Part shown: one piece after another, positions 24,627 through 33,199 of the stretch | How the letters are laid out: every line of letters begins with the position of its first letter | Numbering within the stretch: the first letter of the stretch is position 1 | Source of the DNA: Gloeobacterales cyanobacterium | GTDB taxonomy: Bacteria > Cyanobacteriota > Cyanobacteriia > Gloeobacterales > PMM-0068 | Assembly (NCBI GenBank): GCA_038245785.1 | Contig: JBBRSB010000011.1 | Location: 1 to 64,000 of the forward strand | Reading direction: 5' to 3' | Length of the DNA stretch: 64,000 nucleotides | Made by a program: the position numbers and the translations under genes | Notes under the pieces: model-generated | What the model was told of the DNA's origin: nothing | The model's database searches: none | What the model saw: the letters and a program-made list of their open reading frames with translations, nothing else

Positions 24627-24831
24627 TATAAATCTTTCATGAGGTAGACAATTTGGGGTTAGTCGCCGGGCATGCTTGCTATAGCGAAGGTCAAAAACTG
24701 ATGCGATTCCTCTACGATGCCCCTGCCCCTATGCTGTCAACAATGTTCATTGTTCTGTGTTGGCGAGACCTCTAGAAGAGCTTGTAAAAAGTTCCTATCG
24801 TATTGAGATGTTCTGATTAGCTCGGTGAGGA

Positions 24832-25497
24832 GTGCTCAACATGTCCTGGTCCAACGCAGGCAATTTTTTAAAATATCTACGCATGTTTGGCTGTGCGACC
24901 CTGATGGGGCAGGCGTTGCTTATGGCACCGGCCCAGGCGGAAGGATGCGCAGACACCGGTTATGAAGCGATTCAGGCCTATACCTACCTCAACCGATTTC
25001 GGTCCGAACCCCAGGCCTATGCACAAAGACTTGGCCTCAACTTGGGCTACAACAGCCCAGCACCCCAACTTCGTTGGAATGGGCAATTGGCTGCCATTGC
25101 CCGTCAGGTAGCCGAGCGGATGGCCACAGGCAATTACTTTGCGCACCGGGACCCCGATGGTCGAGGTCCTAATCAGCGGGTTGCATACGCAGGCTATAGC
25201 CTGCCTGCTGATTATCCTCGTGATCCTGAAGCTAACAATCTTGAATCACTTGCAGCTGGAGCTCCTGACGGCATTGAAGCCATTAACCAATTAGTCCTTG
25301 ATGCTGGTGTATCTCCTCCCTCTCATCGGGTGCACATGCTAGCCCTTGATTCTTTCTATCGGGAACATTCTGAGGTCGGCATTGGTGTTGCCTGCGTACC
25401 GGAGAGTACGTACAAGTATTACTATGTAGTGCTAACGGCGCCTAAGGCAGTAAATCGCCAAATGGCCGAAGCTCCTAGTGCAAGGTCATTTCGCTAA
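24832..25497 (+). CDS. Secreted CAP/SCP-domain protein
   Basis: Signal peptide ending 'AQA'; 'LRWNGQL', 'MATGNYFAH.DPDG', 'ESLAAG', 'SHRVHML', 'EVGIGVA'. Confidence 0.85.
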   Translation: MLNMSWSNAGNFLKYLRMFGCATLMGQALLMAPAQAEGCADTGYEAIQAYTYLNRFRSEPQAYAQRLGLNLGYNSPAPQLRWNGQLAAIARQVAERMATGNYFAHRDPDGRGPNQRVAYAGYSLPADYPRDPEANNLESLAAGAPDGIEAINQLVLDAGVSPPSHRVHMLALDSFYREHSEVGIGVACVPESTYKYYYVVLTAPKAVNRQMAEAPSARSFR

Positions 25498-25501
25498 TAT
25501 C

Positions 25502-26578
25502 CTAGCGATGGCGTGACCAAGGATTTATGCGTGCGTTAACCCGTGTTTGAACATATTTAATATCCAGGCGCACACTGACAGAGAGCAATCGATGTTCTGT
25601 CGGACTCCAGAGCGCGTCTAGTCGTGACTGCAACATCTCAAAAACCGTGTTACCCACAAGGTCTTTTTGCCAGAGTCTCGTGACACAGTCAGGCAAAGAG
25701 ATTCCCCAGAGGAACTCTGCCAATCTAAGCGGTAGGGACATAGCTCTTGGATAACGAGAACTGCCTATCCTCAAAGCAATGACCTCCCAATCCCAGGTGG
25801 ATTCGTAATAATCCATCAGGCGGCCTAGCTCACCAATATATCCATAGGTGGACTTGAAGAGCAGTTCTGGACGTGGTTCGATGAATAAATGTCGAGCAAT
25901 ATGGCTGCACAGATAAACACACAAATCTTCTGGAGCGAGGACTTTAGCGCCGTATAGCCATGGTGTTGCCCGATTAAATATCGCCTCTTCGTCCCCGATA
26001 GGAAGATAGTCTGGGGCCAGGCGATAGTGTAAATCCACTACGCTCATCTGCTGGGCTCCTGGCCCTAAGCGTTGGTATGGAGGGAGTTCATGGTACCAAA
26101 AATCCAGAGAAGTGATCGGTTGCACAGGCCCCCCGCCATAACCCAGTCTCCGTAGAACGACCTCTGTTTGAGGAATGTCAACTGGTTGCACCCATAGGTC
26201 GAGGTCTCCAAAAGGACGAAGAGTCGGGTCTTCTGACCAAAGGAGTGGACCGATATGAGGACCTTTAAGCACTATAGGAAAAATTCCATCCTGAACAAGC
26301 GCTTTACAAACTTCAGCGAGCTCACGATTGAGCCATGGTACGCTAATGCCCGCTTGGACATAGGCGCGGCGCAAACGAGCTTTTAGCGTTGGTGGTAGCG
26401 TTGGCGCTTGGGCCTCTACGACAAAGCTACGATAGGCAGCAAGCGTTAGGCCGCGAGCTTCGATGTAGGCGATTAGTGCTCCCCATGCTTCCTCTGAAAG
26501 CGCTTCTAACCCTGGGAGGGTACTGCGTTGCTGAGGAGGACAACTTAGATAACGGACAAGCGATACAGCAAGATCCAT
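25502..26578 (-). CDS. Nucleotidyltransferase family protein (type found in lasso-peptide and HPr-rel cassettes)
   Basis: 'IVLKGPHI', 'RPFGDLDLWV' (DxD), 'VDLHYRL', 'CSHIARH'. Confidence 0.85.
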   Translation of the reverse strand: MDLAVSLVRYLSCPPQQRSTLPGLEALSEEAWGALIAYIEARGLTLAAYRSFVVEAQAPTLPPTLKARLRRAYVQAGISVPWLNRELAEVCKALVQDGIFPIVLKGPHIGPLLWSEDPTLRPFGDLDLWVQPVDIPQTEVVLRRLGYGGGPVQPITSLDFWYHELPPYQRLGPGAQQMSVVDLHYRLAPDYLPIGDEEAIFNRATPWLYGAKVLAPEDLCVYLCSHIARHLFIEPRPELLFKSTYGYIGELGRLMDYYESTWDWEVIALRIGSSRYPRAMSLPLRLAEFLWGISLPDCVTRLWQKDLVGNTVFEMLQSRLDALWSPTEHRLLSVSVRLDIKYVQTRVNARINPWSRHR

Positions 26579-26581
26579 AGA

Positions 26582-27439
26582 CTATGGCACTTTGTTCGAA
26601 GCAGAGGTCTCTTGAAGTAGTCGTTCCAATGCAGTAATTGTCTCATCCAAATTGCTATGGGTCATCTGGTAGGCTTGTACGCCATCTACTAGAGCGCGGA
26701 GGATACCAAATTGGGAAGAGGTCTTTTCAGCGGAAACAAGCAAATTGTTGACCAATAGCATCCAGGTCTGGGCCGGACGTAAGCGTTTTAGGCAAAGAGC
26801 CTCCCCTGGTCTATATTCTGGGAATACAACCAAACATGGAACTTTAGAAATGCCCCATTGGCGAGGCCGGTAAAATGTCTCGGACAACGTATTTTCCATC
26901 TCAAGACAGTCCAAGGAAGGTATCTCATAACCCTCCTTAGAACTTAACTGCTGAATTACCCTTATAGTTCCCGCATCTACATGAAAGCATCGAGGGAAAG
27001 GCTGTACCTCCAACGTATGCGGATCCAATAGGATGATGTCGTCTGTGTAGGAAACAAATCCACGAGCCATTAGAGCTAGAGTCAGCGTCGTTTTTCCATA
27101 TCCGGAAGGCGCCAGTAGAAGGACCACTCCATGCTCATTGGCAACAGCGCCCCCGTGAAGTTGGCATCCATCGGTATGTGCTGCCACCGCTTCAGCAAAC
27201 AACCACCATTCACAAAACTGAATAATCTCTGTACAATTTCCCCAGTGGCATAGGGTTGGGGTCTGTGCATAGTAGGTTTCTCGCTCCAGACCGATAATAA
27301 CTTCTAAGAAGTTTGGGGGCGTCTGGGAAACCCAAAAAGGATGAAGCAATCTTTCTAAAAGAGCCATGCATTCTATAGGACCTTCAATACTGAAAGAGCT
27401 ATGGAGAATTTGGAAATTTTCCCGTTTTACTGCACTCAT
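26582..27439 (-). CDS. HprK-related P-loop kinase
   Basis: 'LHGGAV', Walker A 'APSGYGKTTL', 'YTDD' acidic pair, 'PFPR'; this motif order is that of the HPr kinase fold. Confidence 0.85.
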   Translation of the reverse strand: MSAVKRENFQILHSSFSIEGPIECMALLERLLHPFWVSQTPPNFLEVIIGLERETYYAQTPTLCHWGNCTEIIQFCEWWLFAEAVAAHTDGCQLHGGAVANEHGVVLLLAPSGYGKTTLTLALMARGFVSYTDDIILLDPHTLEVQPFPRCFHVDAGTIRVIQQLSSKEGYEIPSLDCLEMENTLSETFYRPRQWGISKVPCLVVFPEYRPGEALCLKRLRPAQTWMLLVNNLLVSAEKTSSQFGILRALVDGVQAYQMTHSNLDETITALERLLQETSASNKVP

Positions 27440-27738
27440 ATCGAAAGTGGGGATACCAGTAGGTTCTTTTGCTGAAGAATCTGCAAAAAATAAGTGACAT
27501 CTTCTTCTATCTTGGCTACAGAAATCTCAGAAGCAGAAGCAAAACATTCTTCAAGTGCAGCTACAATCTTTTGGAAATCATAGCTCCCATCACAACAATC
27601 CCAAACTAGCGCAGCTGTAGCATTTAACTCATGAGCCACACTGGTGACAGGGTCAAAGATAACCACACTGCCATCGGCAAGATATTCTGTAAAAACATCG
27701 CTACGAGCAGTGGGATTGGCGGAAAGGGCAGAAGTCAT
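27436..27738 (-). CDS. PqqD-family RiPP recognition element (RRE), stand-alone
   Basis: 100 aa; 'VVIFDP...AHELNATAALVWDCCDG', 'IVAAL...F', 'IEEDVTYFLQILQQKNLL'. Confidence 0.9.
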   Translation of the reverse strand: MTSALSANPTARSDVFTEYLADGSVVIFDPVTSVAHELNATAALVWDCCDGSYDFQKIVAALEECFASASEISVAKIEEDVTYFLQILQQKNLLVSPLSI

Positions 27739-27747
27739 AGATAGCGT

Positions 27748-28290
27748 CTAATGGATAACGACGGGGGTTCCTTCTTCTAATTGATCGTACAAATATGAAA
27801 CGTCTTCATTACTCAGGCGAATGCAGCCATGGGTGATAGCTTTTCCTAGTGAATTCTGGTTTTCTGTTCCATGGATCCCATAGTCGTCTTCCCCAGCCTT
27901 CTTAAATCCAATCCAGCGGACTCCTAGAGGGTTAGCTGGATCTCCTTCTTTATAGACCACAGAAGATTTCCAAGGGTTCTGCCAGATTGGATTTTCTACC
28001 ATTTCCATGACTTCAAAATTTCCTGTTGGCGTTGGCGTTGAGGATTTACCCACAGCCACAGCCATTTCCTTAAGGATGGCTCTATCACCTTGATGTAACC
28101 GTAGAACGCGGTCTGCCAAGGATACCTCTACCCACATCAACTCATTATCTGGAGTTTGAACGGTACCGATAGAGGTAGAGAGCTCTTCAGCCCATACTCC
28201 CCCAGCAGTACCAATCCAAAATAGACATATTCCCAGAGTCACTGAAATCAGCTGCAGAAAAGTTCTGCGCTGGGGATGATACGCGTCCAC
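27748..28290 (-). CDS. L,D-transpeptidase (YkuD) with twin-arginine signal peptide
   Basis: 'QRRTFLQ' followed by a hydrophobic region ending 'VWA'; 'VAVGK..TPTPTG', 'NPLGVRWIG', 'YGIHGT', 'THGCIRL'; GGAGG upstream of the GTG start. Confidence 0.9.
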   Translation of the reverse strand: MDAYHPQRRTFLQLISVTLGICLFWIGTAGGVWAEELSTSIGTVQTPDNELMWVEVSLADRVLRLHQGDRAILKEMAVAVGKSSTPTPTGNFEVMEMVENPIWQNPWKSSVVYKEGDPANPLGVRWIGFKKAGEDDYGIHGTENQNSLGKAITHGCIRLSNEDVSYLYDQLEEGTPVVIH

Positions 28291-28302
28291 AGCGACAACC
28301 TC

Positions 28303-28830
28303 CTACCACAAACCCCGAATTGCTCTTTTTGGCCCTTCGGTGCTCTGAGGCCCTTTGCGCTTGAGTCCTCTTTTGCGTCTCAGGGGCTCAGGAGGCAAGG
28401 TAGCACGAGGTCCAGCAGGCCCCAAAGGACTTCCTGGAGTTCCAGCTGCGCCAGGGACACCCCCTTCTGCAACAGTCGTTCCTGGGGCAATGGGAGAACC
28501 GCCTCCAGCGGGAGCTTCACCAACTAAAGGAAGAAGTCCAGCCGCCGCTCCTGCACCGCCACCTCCAGCCGCCGCTAGGCCGCCCAAGACAGGAATACCA
28601 GCGAACGGTAAGAAGCCAGCACCATCGCCGCCACCGCCACCACCGCCTGCTAAGCCTGAAACAACGCCCTGAGCCCGGACCAACTCAGAATGCAAAATTT
28701 GAGGGGCTACGTAGAGAGCAGCACCGCCCACTACCGCTTTTTTGACAATTGAACGCCGCGAGAGGCGCTTTTTATCTTCAGTAAGTGCTTCTGAAGACAT
28801 GTCTTTTGACTTCTCATCCGGTTGGATCAT
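28303..28830 (-). CDS. Gly/Pro/Ala-rich protein with Tat-like leader; putative substrate of the RRE/kinase/nucleotidyltransferase cassette
   Basis: SD GAGGAG; 'LSRRSIVKK', 'YVAPQI', 'VRA/Q' cleavage-like site, poly-Gly, basic tail ending 'IRGLW'; first gene of the operon. Confidence 0.7.
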   Translation of the reverse strand: MIQPDEKSKDMSSEALTEDKKRLSRRSIVKKAVVGGAALYVAPQILHSELVRAQGVVSGLAGGGGGGGDGAGFLPFAGIPVLGGLAAAGGGGAGAAAGLLPLVGEAPAGGGSPIAPGTTVAEGGVPGAAGTPGSPLGPAGPRATLPPEPLRRKRGLKRKGPQSTEGPKRAIRGLW

Positions 28831-29107
28831 AACTAATAGCTCCTCTTTCCACCTAAAATATCAAAAAAACCAAGAGATCAAGCGGCGTACTCAAAAAGTA
28901 GTTTAGAGCACCCTTGTTTACACAATCCTAGAGTATACCGATAAAGGAAGCATCAGTAGATGCATTGATTCTGCCGTGCGGTCTACCGTAAATTTCCCCA
29001 GATAGCCTGAGGCCAGCAAAATGCGACAGAAGTCTAAATTATCAGCATTAACCTTAATTTTTGTGTATCCTTCTGTTTCCGAATTATGAAGAGAAGTCTG
29101 GCCGCTC

Positions 29108-29350
29108 CTAGACTTCCTCGTACTTGACCCACCAAAAAACCCAGAGGCCGTGGGCAAGAACTACAGCAACCCAAAGTGCAAGAAAGAAGGGAATCCAGTT
29201 CCACCCGGCATTCCAAATTTTGTTGAAAAATAAAATGCCTGAGCTAACACAGAGCGCAGAAGCCACATGCAGCGCAAAATTAATGCGGTCTCTCAAACGC
29301 AGGTAGAGGGGAGAGTTGGGATTTGGGGGCTGCGAGAGTTTAGGGGGCAT
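29108..29350 (-). CDS. Small 2TM-domain membrane protein
   Basis: 'MPPK...P..P.Y.RL.DRINFALHVA' and two TM segments, a pattern typical of cyanobacterial 2TM proteins. Confidence 0.75.
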   Translation of the reverse strand: MPPKLSQPPNPNSPLYLRLRDRINFALHVASALCVSSGILFFNKIWNAGWNWIPFFLALWVAVVLAHGLWVFWWVKYEEV

Positions 29351-29371
29351 GTTTAACGCCTTGCGGGAGCA

Positions 29372-30313
29372 TCAGTCGCGGGGTCGGTATGATTCTATCT
29401 GGCTTAGCTTCTCATAAAGTGTTTTCTCTTCTGGACTGGGATCGCGGGGAATATCGACTTTGATTCTTACTCGCTGGTCTCCCCGGCGATTGGTACCCGA
29501 TTTCGCTAATCCACGGCTTCCCAAACGCAGCATTTTGCCTGTAGTAGTTCCAGCCGGAATGGTCAAGCGCACTTTGCCGTCCAGAGTAGGAACTTCCACT
29601 TGAACACCCAATACGGCCTCGGATGGAGTGATGGGCAATTCGTAGATGAGGTCGTCTCCTTCTAAAGTGTATTTGGGATGGGGTTTGAGGTGGATGAGCA
29701 AAAGGAAGTCACCCGCAGGGCCGCCTAAAGGTCCTTCTTTTCCCTTGCCGCTGACTCGTACTTTAGACCCTGTACGGACTCCAGCAGGAATGCGCACTTC
29801 GATCACTTCTCCAGAAGGAGTTTTGATCCGCTTACGGGTACCAGAAAACGCCTCTTCCAGCGTTAATTCCACCTTGCCCTCTTGATTCTCGCCCCGAATC
29901 CCAGGACGGGAACGGCCGCCACGGGCTCTGCCACCCCCCAGCAATTCTTCGATAAATTCTTCAAAACTGCCGAAACGACCAAAGTCGAATCCAGAAGGTG
30001 GAGCTTGTCCTGTCCCCTGCCTAGGACCCGCTCCTTGACTAGAAGCTGGACTAGAACTGGGAGTGGGACCGGAACTCGGAGAGACTCGCTTGTCAAAGTA
30101 TTGGCCGAACTGGTCGTAACGGTGACGTTTATCTGGGTCTGAAAGTACTTCGTAGGCTTCGTTGATGCCTTTGAACTGTTCTTCCGCCTTGGCATTGCCA
30201 GGGTTCATATCAGGATGGTAACGACGGGCCAGTTTGCGGTAAGCAGATTTAATGGCTTTGTCATCCGCAGTGCGCGGGACTCCTAAAACTTCGTAGTAGT
30301 CGCGGTAAGCCAT
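29372..30313 (-). CDS. DnaJ class B / CbpA-like co-chaperone
   Basis: J domain with 'YHPD', G/F-rich linker, C-terminal substrate-binding domain, no zinc finger. Confidence 0.92.
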   Translation of the reverse strand: MAYRDYYEVLGVPRTADDKAIKSAYRKLARRYHPDMNPGNAKAEEQFKGINEAYEVLSDPDKRHRYDQFGQYFDKRVSPSSGPTPSSSPASSQGAGPRQGTGQAPPSGFDFGRFGSFEEFIEELLGGGRARGGRSRPGIRGENQEGKVELTLEEAFSGTRKRIKTPSGEVIEVRIPAGVRTGSKVRVSGKGKEGPLGGPAGDFLLLIHLKPHPKYTLEGDDLIYELPITPSEAVLGVQVEVPTLDGKVRLTIPAGTTTGKMLRLGSRGLAKSGTNRRGDQRVRIKVDIPRDPSPEEKTLYEKLSQIESYRPRD

Positions 30314-30373
30314 AGACCTGGTATATATGTTCTGCTCTTATGATATTTCCCCGTTTGCTCTAGCGGGTAGACA

Positions 30374-31141
30374 TTAGAAACCACCCTGGAACGCCTGACC
30401 TTGACCTTGGAACATTAGAAAGGAAAGTAAAAAGTTTACAACGAATACGGCTAGTAAGCAGGTCACGACTGCAGCGGTCGTAGCTCGTCCGACCCCTTTC
30501 GCGCCCCCTGTAGTGGTTAAGCCCCAGTTCGAACCGATAATCGCAATCATCGCTCCAAAAATGGCGGCTTTAATCATGGAACTCGTCAGGTCCCAAGGTT
30601 CCAAGAAACGCTGGGCTGATTCTAAATAGATACTGGAGGGCAGCTTATACATCTGCGTGCAAATAAACAAACCTCCCGCTACGCCTGTGACTTCTGAGAG
30701 GACTGTGAGCACGGGCAGCATCAGCGCACAGGCAATCACCCGAGGAATAACTAGATAGTCGACAGGGTCAGTGCGTAGGACACGTAGAGCATCAATTTGG
30801 TCCGTAACCCGCATCGTGCCAATTTCAGCAGCAAAGGCGGAGCCAACTCTCCCAGCTAAAATCACGGCTGTCAAAACGGGGGCCAACTCTCTAAAAAGAG
30901 CCAAGGCTAGGACTCCACCGATAGCAGACGCAGCCCCAAAGTAAATAAATTCCCGTGCCACCTGGATGGTGAACACCATAGCAATGGAAATAGCGGTGAT
31001 ACCTGAGACAAGAACGGATTCTGTACCCACCAAAGCTAGCTGCTCCAGGGTATTGCGCACATGGATCCGTCCTCGGAGTAAATGTATGATCACCTGCCCC
31101 CCCAAAAGGGTAGCGGAGGTCAAACGAGAGAACCATTCCAT
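30374..31141 (-). CDS. mlaE: MlaE/TGD1-family lipid ABC permease
   Basis: 'RELAPVLTAVILAGRVGSAFAAEIGTMRVTDQIDAL', 'GGAKGVGRATT'. Confidence 0.92.
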   Translation of the reverse strand: MEWFSRLTSATLLGGQVIIHLLRGRIHVRNTLEQLALVGTESVLVSGITAISIAMVFTIQVAREFIYFGAASAIGGVLALALFRELAPVLTAVILAGRVGSAFAAEIGTMRVTDQIDALRVLRTDPVDYLVIPRVIACALMLPVLTVLSEVTGVAGGLFICTQMYKLPSSIYLESAQRFLEPWDLTSSMIKAAIFGAMIAIIGSNWGLTTTGGAKGVGRATTAAVVTCLLAVFVVNFLLSFLMFQGQGQAFQGGF

Positions 31142-31237
31142 AAATTTATTTCCGGTCGATGGGGCTTTATGCCGTAATTCTAGGCTTTCTTCTCGTTCTC
31201 ATGCAGAGAACATCTGTTCTTAGCTTTTGTAACAGTG

Positions 31238-32011
31238 CTAAGCAAACATAGGTCCTTCTCCCTCTGGAGGGACATCCTGCCAGCGGGGATTGCCCACTGC
31301 CCGCAGAGCCTCTTTGAGATCGACATCTCCGGTGTAGATAGCTTTGCCCACAATCGCTCCAGTGACGCCCTCAGGTTCCAGTGTGAGCAGTTGCAGCAAA
31401 TCAGACAGACTTCCTACGCCGCCAGAAGCAATCACAGGAACTTGTACTGCTTCACTAACTTTACGCAGTTCTTCTAAATTTGGACCGCTGAGCGTACCAT
31501 CTCGGAGAATATCCGTGTAGATAACAGCAGCCACCCCGAAAGCTTCCATTTGACGAGCCAAGGTCACCGCTTCTATTGCAGAATTTTCTTGCCAACCCCG
31601 AATCGCTACTTTTCCGCCCCGCGCATCAATACCCACGGCAATTTGGCCGGGATAAAGTTCACAGGCACGGGCTACCAAATCAGGCTGTTCTACCGCCACC
31701 GTACCGAGAATGACCCGCTCCACCCCAAGGTTCAAAACCTGAGCAATATGCTCCAAGGTTCTAATGCCACCCCCTGTTTGGATAGGGCAATCTACGGCTT
31801 TGACAATCTGAGCGAGCAGTTCTCCATGAATCGGATGACCCGCTTTCGCTCCAGAAAGATCTACGACATGGAGGCGAGGAATTTTTAATAGGTTCCATGC
31901 TCGGCTCAGCGCTACGGGGTCTGCACTGTAATTTTCTGATTGCTGGTAGTCCCCCTGAAAGAGCCGGACGGCTTGGCCATCCAGGAGATCTATGGCAGGA
32001 ATTACATCCAT
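31238..32011 (-). CDS. hisA: ProFAR isomerase
   Basis: 'VIPAIDLLDGQAVRLFQGDY', 'GGGIR', 'YTDILRDGTLSGPN', 'IASGGV'. Confidence 0.95.
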   Translation of the reverse strand: MDVIPAIDLLDGQAVRLFQGDYQQSENYSADPVALSRAWNLLKIPRLHVVDLSGAKAGHPIHGELLAQIVKAVDCPIQTGGGIRTLEHIAQVLNLGVERVILGTVAVEQPDLVARACELYPGQIAVGIDARGGKVAIRGWQENSAIEAVTLARQMEAFGVAAVIYTDILRDGTLSGPNLEELRKVSEAVQVPVIASGGVGSLSDLLQLLTLEPEGVTGAIVGKAIYTGDVDLKEALRAVGNPRWQDVPPEGEGPMFA

Positions 32012-32015
32012 GAAG

Positions 32016-33080
32016 TTACCGATAGGTTGGGTCTAGATTTACGCTATCCCCTAGCTGGTTCAAACGGTCAATAAAAATGCGTAGTCGTCCAGGCCGATTG
32101 CGTTTAGGCAAGAGAATCAGACGGGGCAGATGGCCTGTGTGGGCATCTTCTTCCTGCGGCAGTGCCTGTTGGGTTTGATAGATCGGTTCAGCTAAAAAGT
32201 CATCAAATTCCCGAGAAAGCGTCTCTAACGACTCTGGAGAGAGGAAAGTATTGATCCGAACTAAGAATTTTTCACCCAGGTACCGACTGGAATGATAAAC
32301 ACTGTAAAACTGCATCACTTCTTCGCAGGCTTGGTCAAGGGTTTCTACCCGTCGATATAGGCTCAGATCTACTTCATCTACTAGGCCTCTAGAGCCTAAA
32401 AGCTTATGCAACATCCGGTCCCATTCTTGCCAGTAGTCTCCACCGGGTTCTTCCACAAGCACAATCGGCATGATCAGAGCTTTGCCTGTTTGGATCAAGG
32501 TCATGCACTCAAAGGCTTCATCCCAAGTGCCAAAACCGCCAGGGAACAAGGCTAGGGCATCGGTCTCTCGCATGAAGAAGAGCTTACGGGTAAAGAAATA
32601 CTTGAAATCAACGGCTTTGGGGTCGTCTTGAATGAAGTTATTGATGTCCTGAAAATCAGGCAGCACGATATTCAAGCCAAAAGACATATCTCGGCCTGCT
32701 CCTTCATTTCCGGCCTGCATGACGCCGCCACCGCCCCCAGTAATCGTCATAAAGCCTTTCTCGGCCATCAGGGCTGCAAACTCGCGGGCCATCTTATAGA
32801 CCTTAGACTCTGGAGCTAGTCGAGCCGAACCAAAGATACTGATTTTGCGTTTTTGGCGATAGGGTGCGAAGGCCGTAAAGCCATTGCATAGGTCTTTGAG
32901 CGCATTATTTAAAATTTTCCAGTCCAGCCGCTCTAATCCGGGATTCTGGAGCATACAGAGCAAATTTTCCAAAACTTTCTGCACGAGATCGGGTTCTGGA
33001 TGTTCGGCTGCTTCTTTCATCAATTGCTGGAAAATTTCTTGGTTTCTAGATAACACTTTGGCTCCTCGGCACCCCATCAT
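32016..33080 (-). CDS. LOG-family (SLOG) nucleotide-binding protein
   Basis: 'SIFGSAR', 'TGGGGGVMQAGNEGA', 'FKYFFTRK', 'PGGFGTWDE'. Confidence 0.88.
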   Translation of the reverse strand: MMGCRGAKVLSRNQEIFQQLMKEAAEHPEPDLVQKVLENLLCMLQNPGLERLDWKILNNALKDLCNGFTAFAPYRQKRKISIFGSARLAPESKVYKMAREFAALMAEKGFMTITGGGGGVMQAGNEGAGRDMSFGLNIVLPDFQDINNFIQDDPKAVDFKYFFTRKLFFMRETDALALFPGGFGTWDEAFECMTLIQTGKALIMPIVLVEEPGGDYWQEWDRMLHKLLGSRGLVDEVDLSLYRRVETLDQACEEVMQFYSVYHSSRYLGEKFLVRINTFLSPESLETLSREFDDFLAEPIYQTQQALPQEEDAHTGHLPRLILLPKRNRPGRLRIFIDRLNQLGDSVNLDPTYR

Positions 33081-33199
33081 TATTCCCGATAGCGTAGGGT
33101 CTACTAATTATTCTAGCGAAATAGGGATCGGGGACTCATGCCGTAGCGTGTGGTTCTATCTGCGGTACTTTGGCAGCAGCATCTATACGCGAGGTCCTG

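Noticed and set aside
27436..27738. PQQ biosynthesis gene pqqD
   Set aside because: No pqqA (ExxxY), pqqB, pqqC or pqqE nearby; the fold is better read as a generic RRE.
25502..28830. Canonical lasso peptide cluster
   Set aside because: No asparagine-synthetase-like cyclase or B2 peptidase in the window. The substrate lacks the Thr at -2 and an Asp/Glu at core position 7-9 after the predicted cut, and it is far longer than a lasso precursor.
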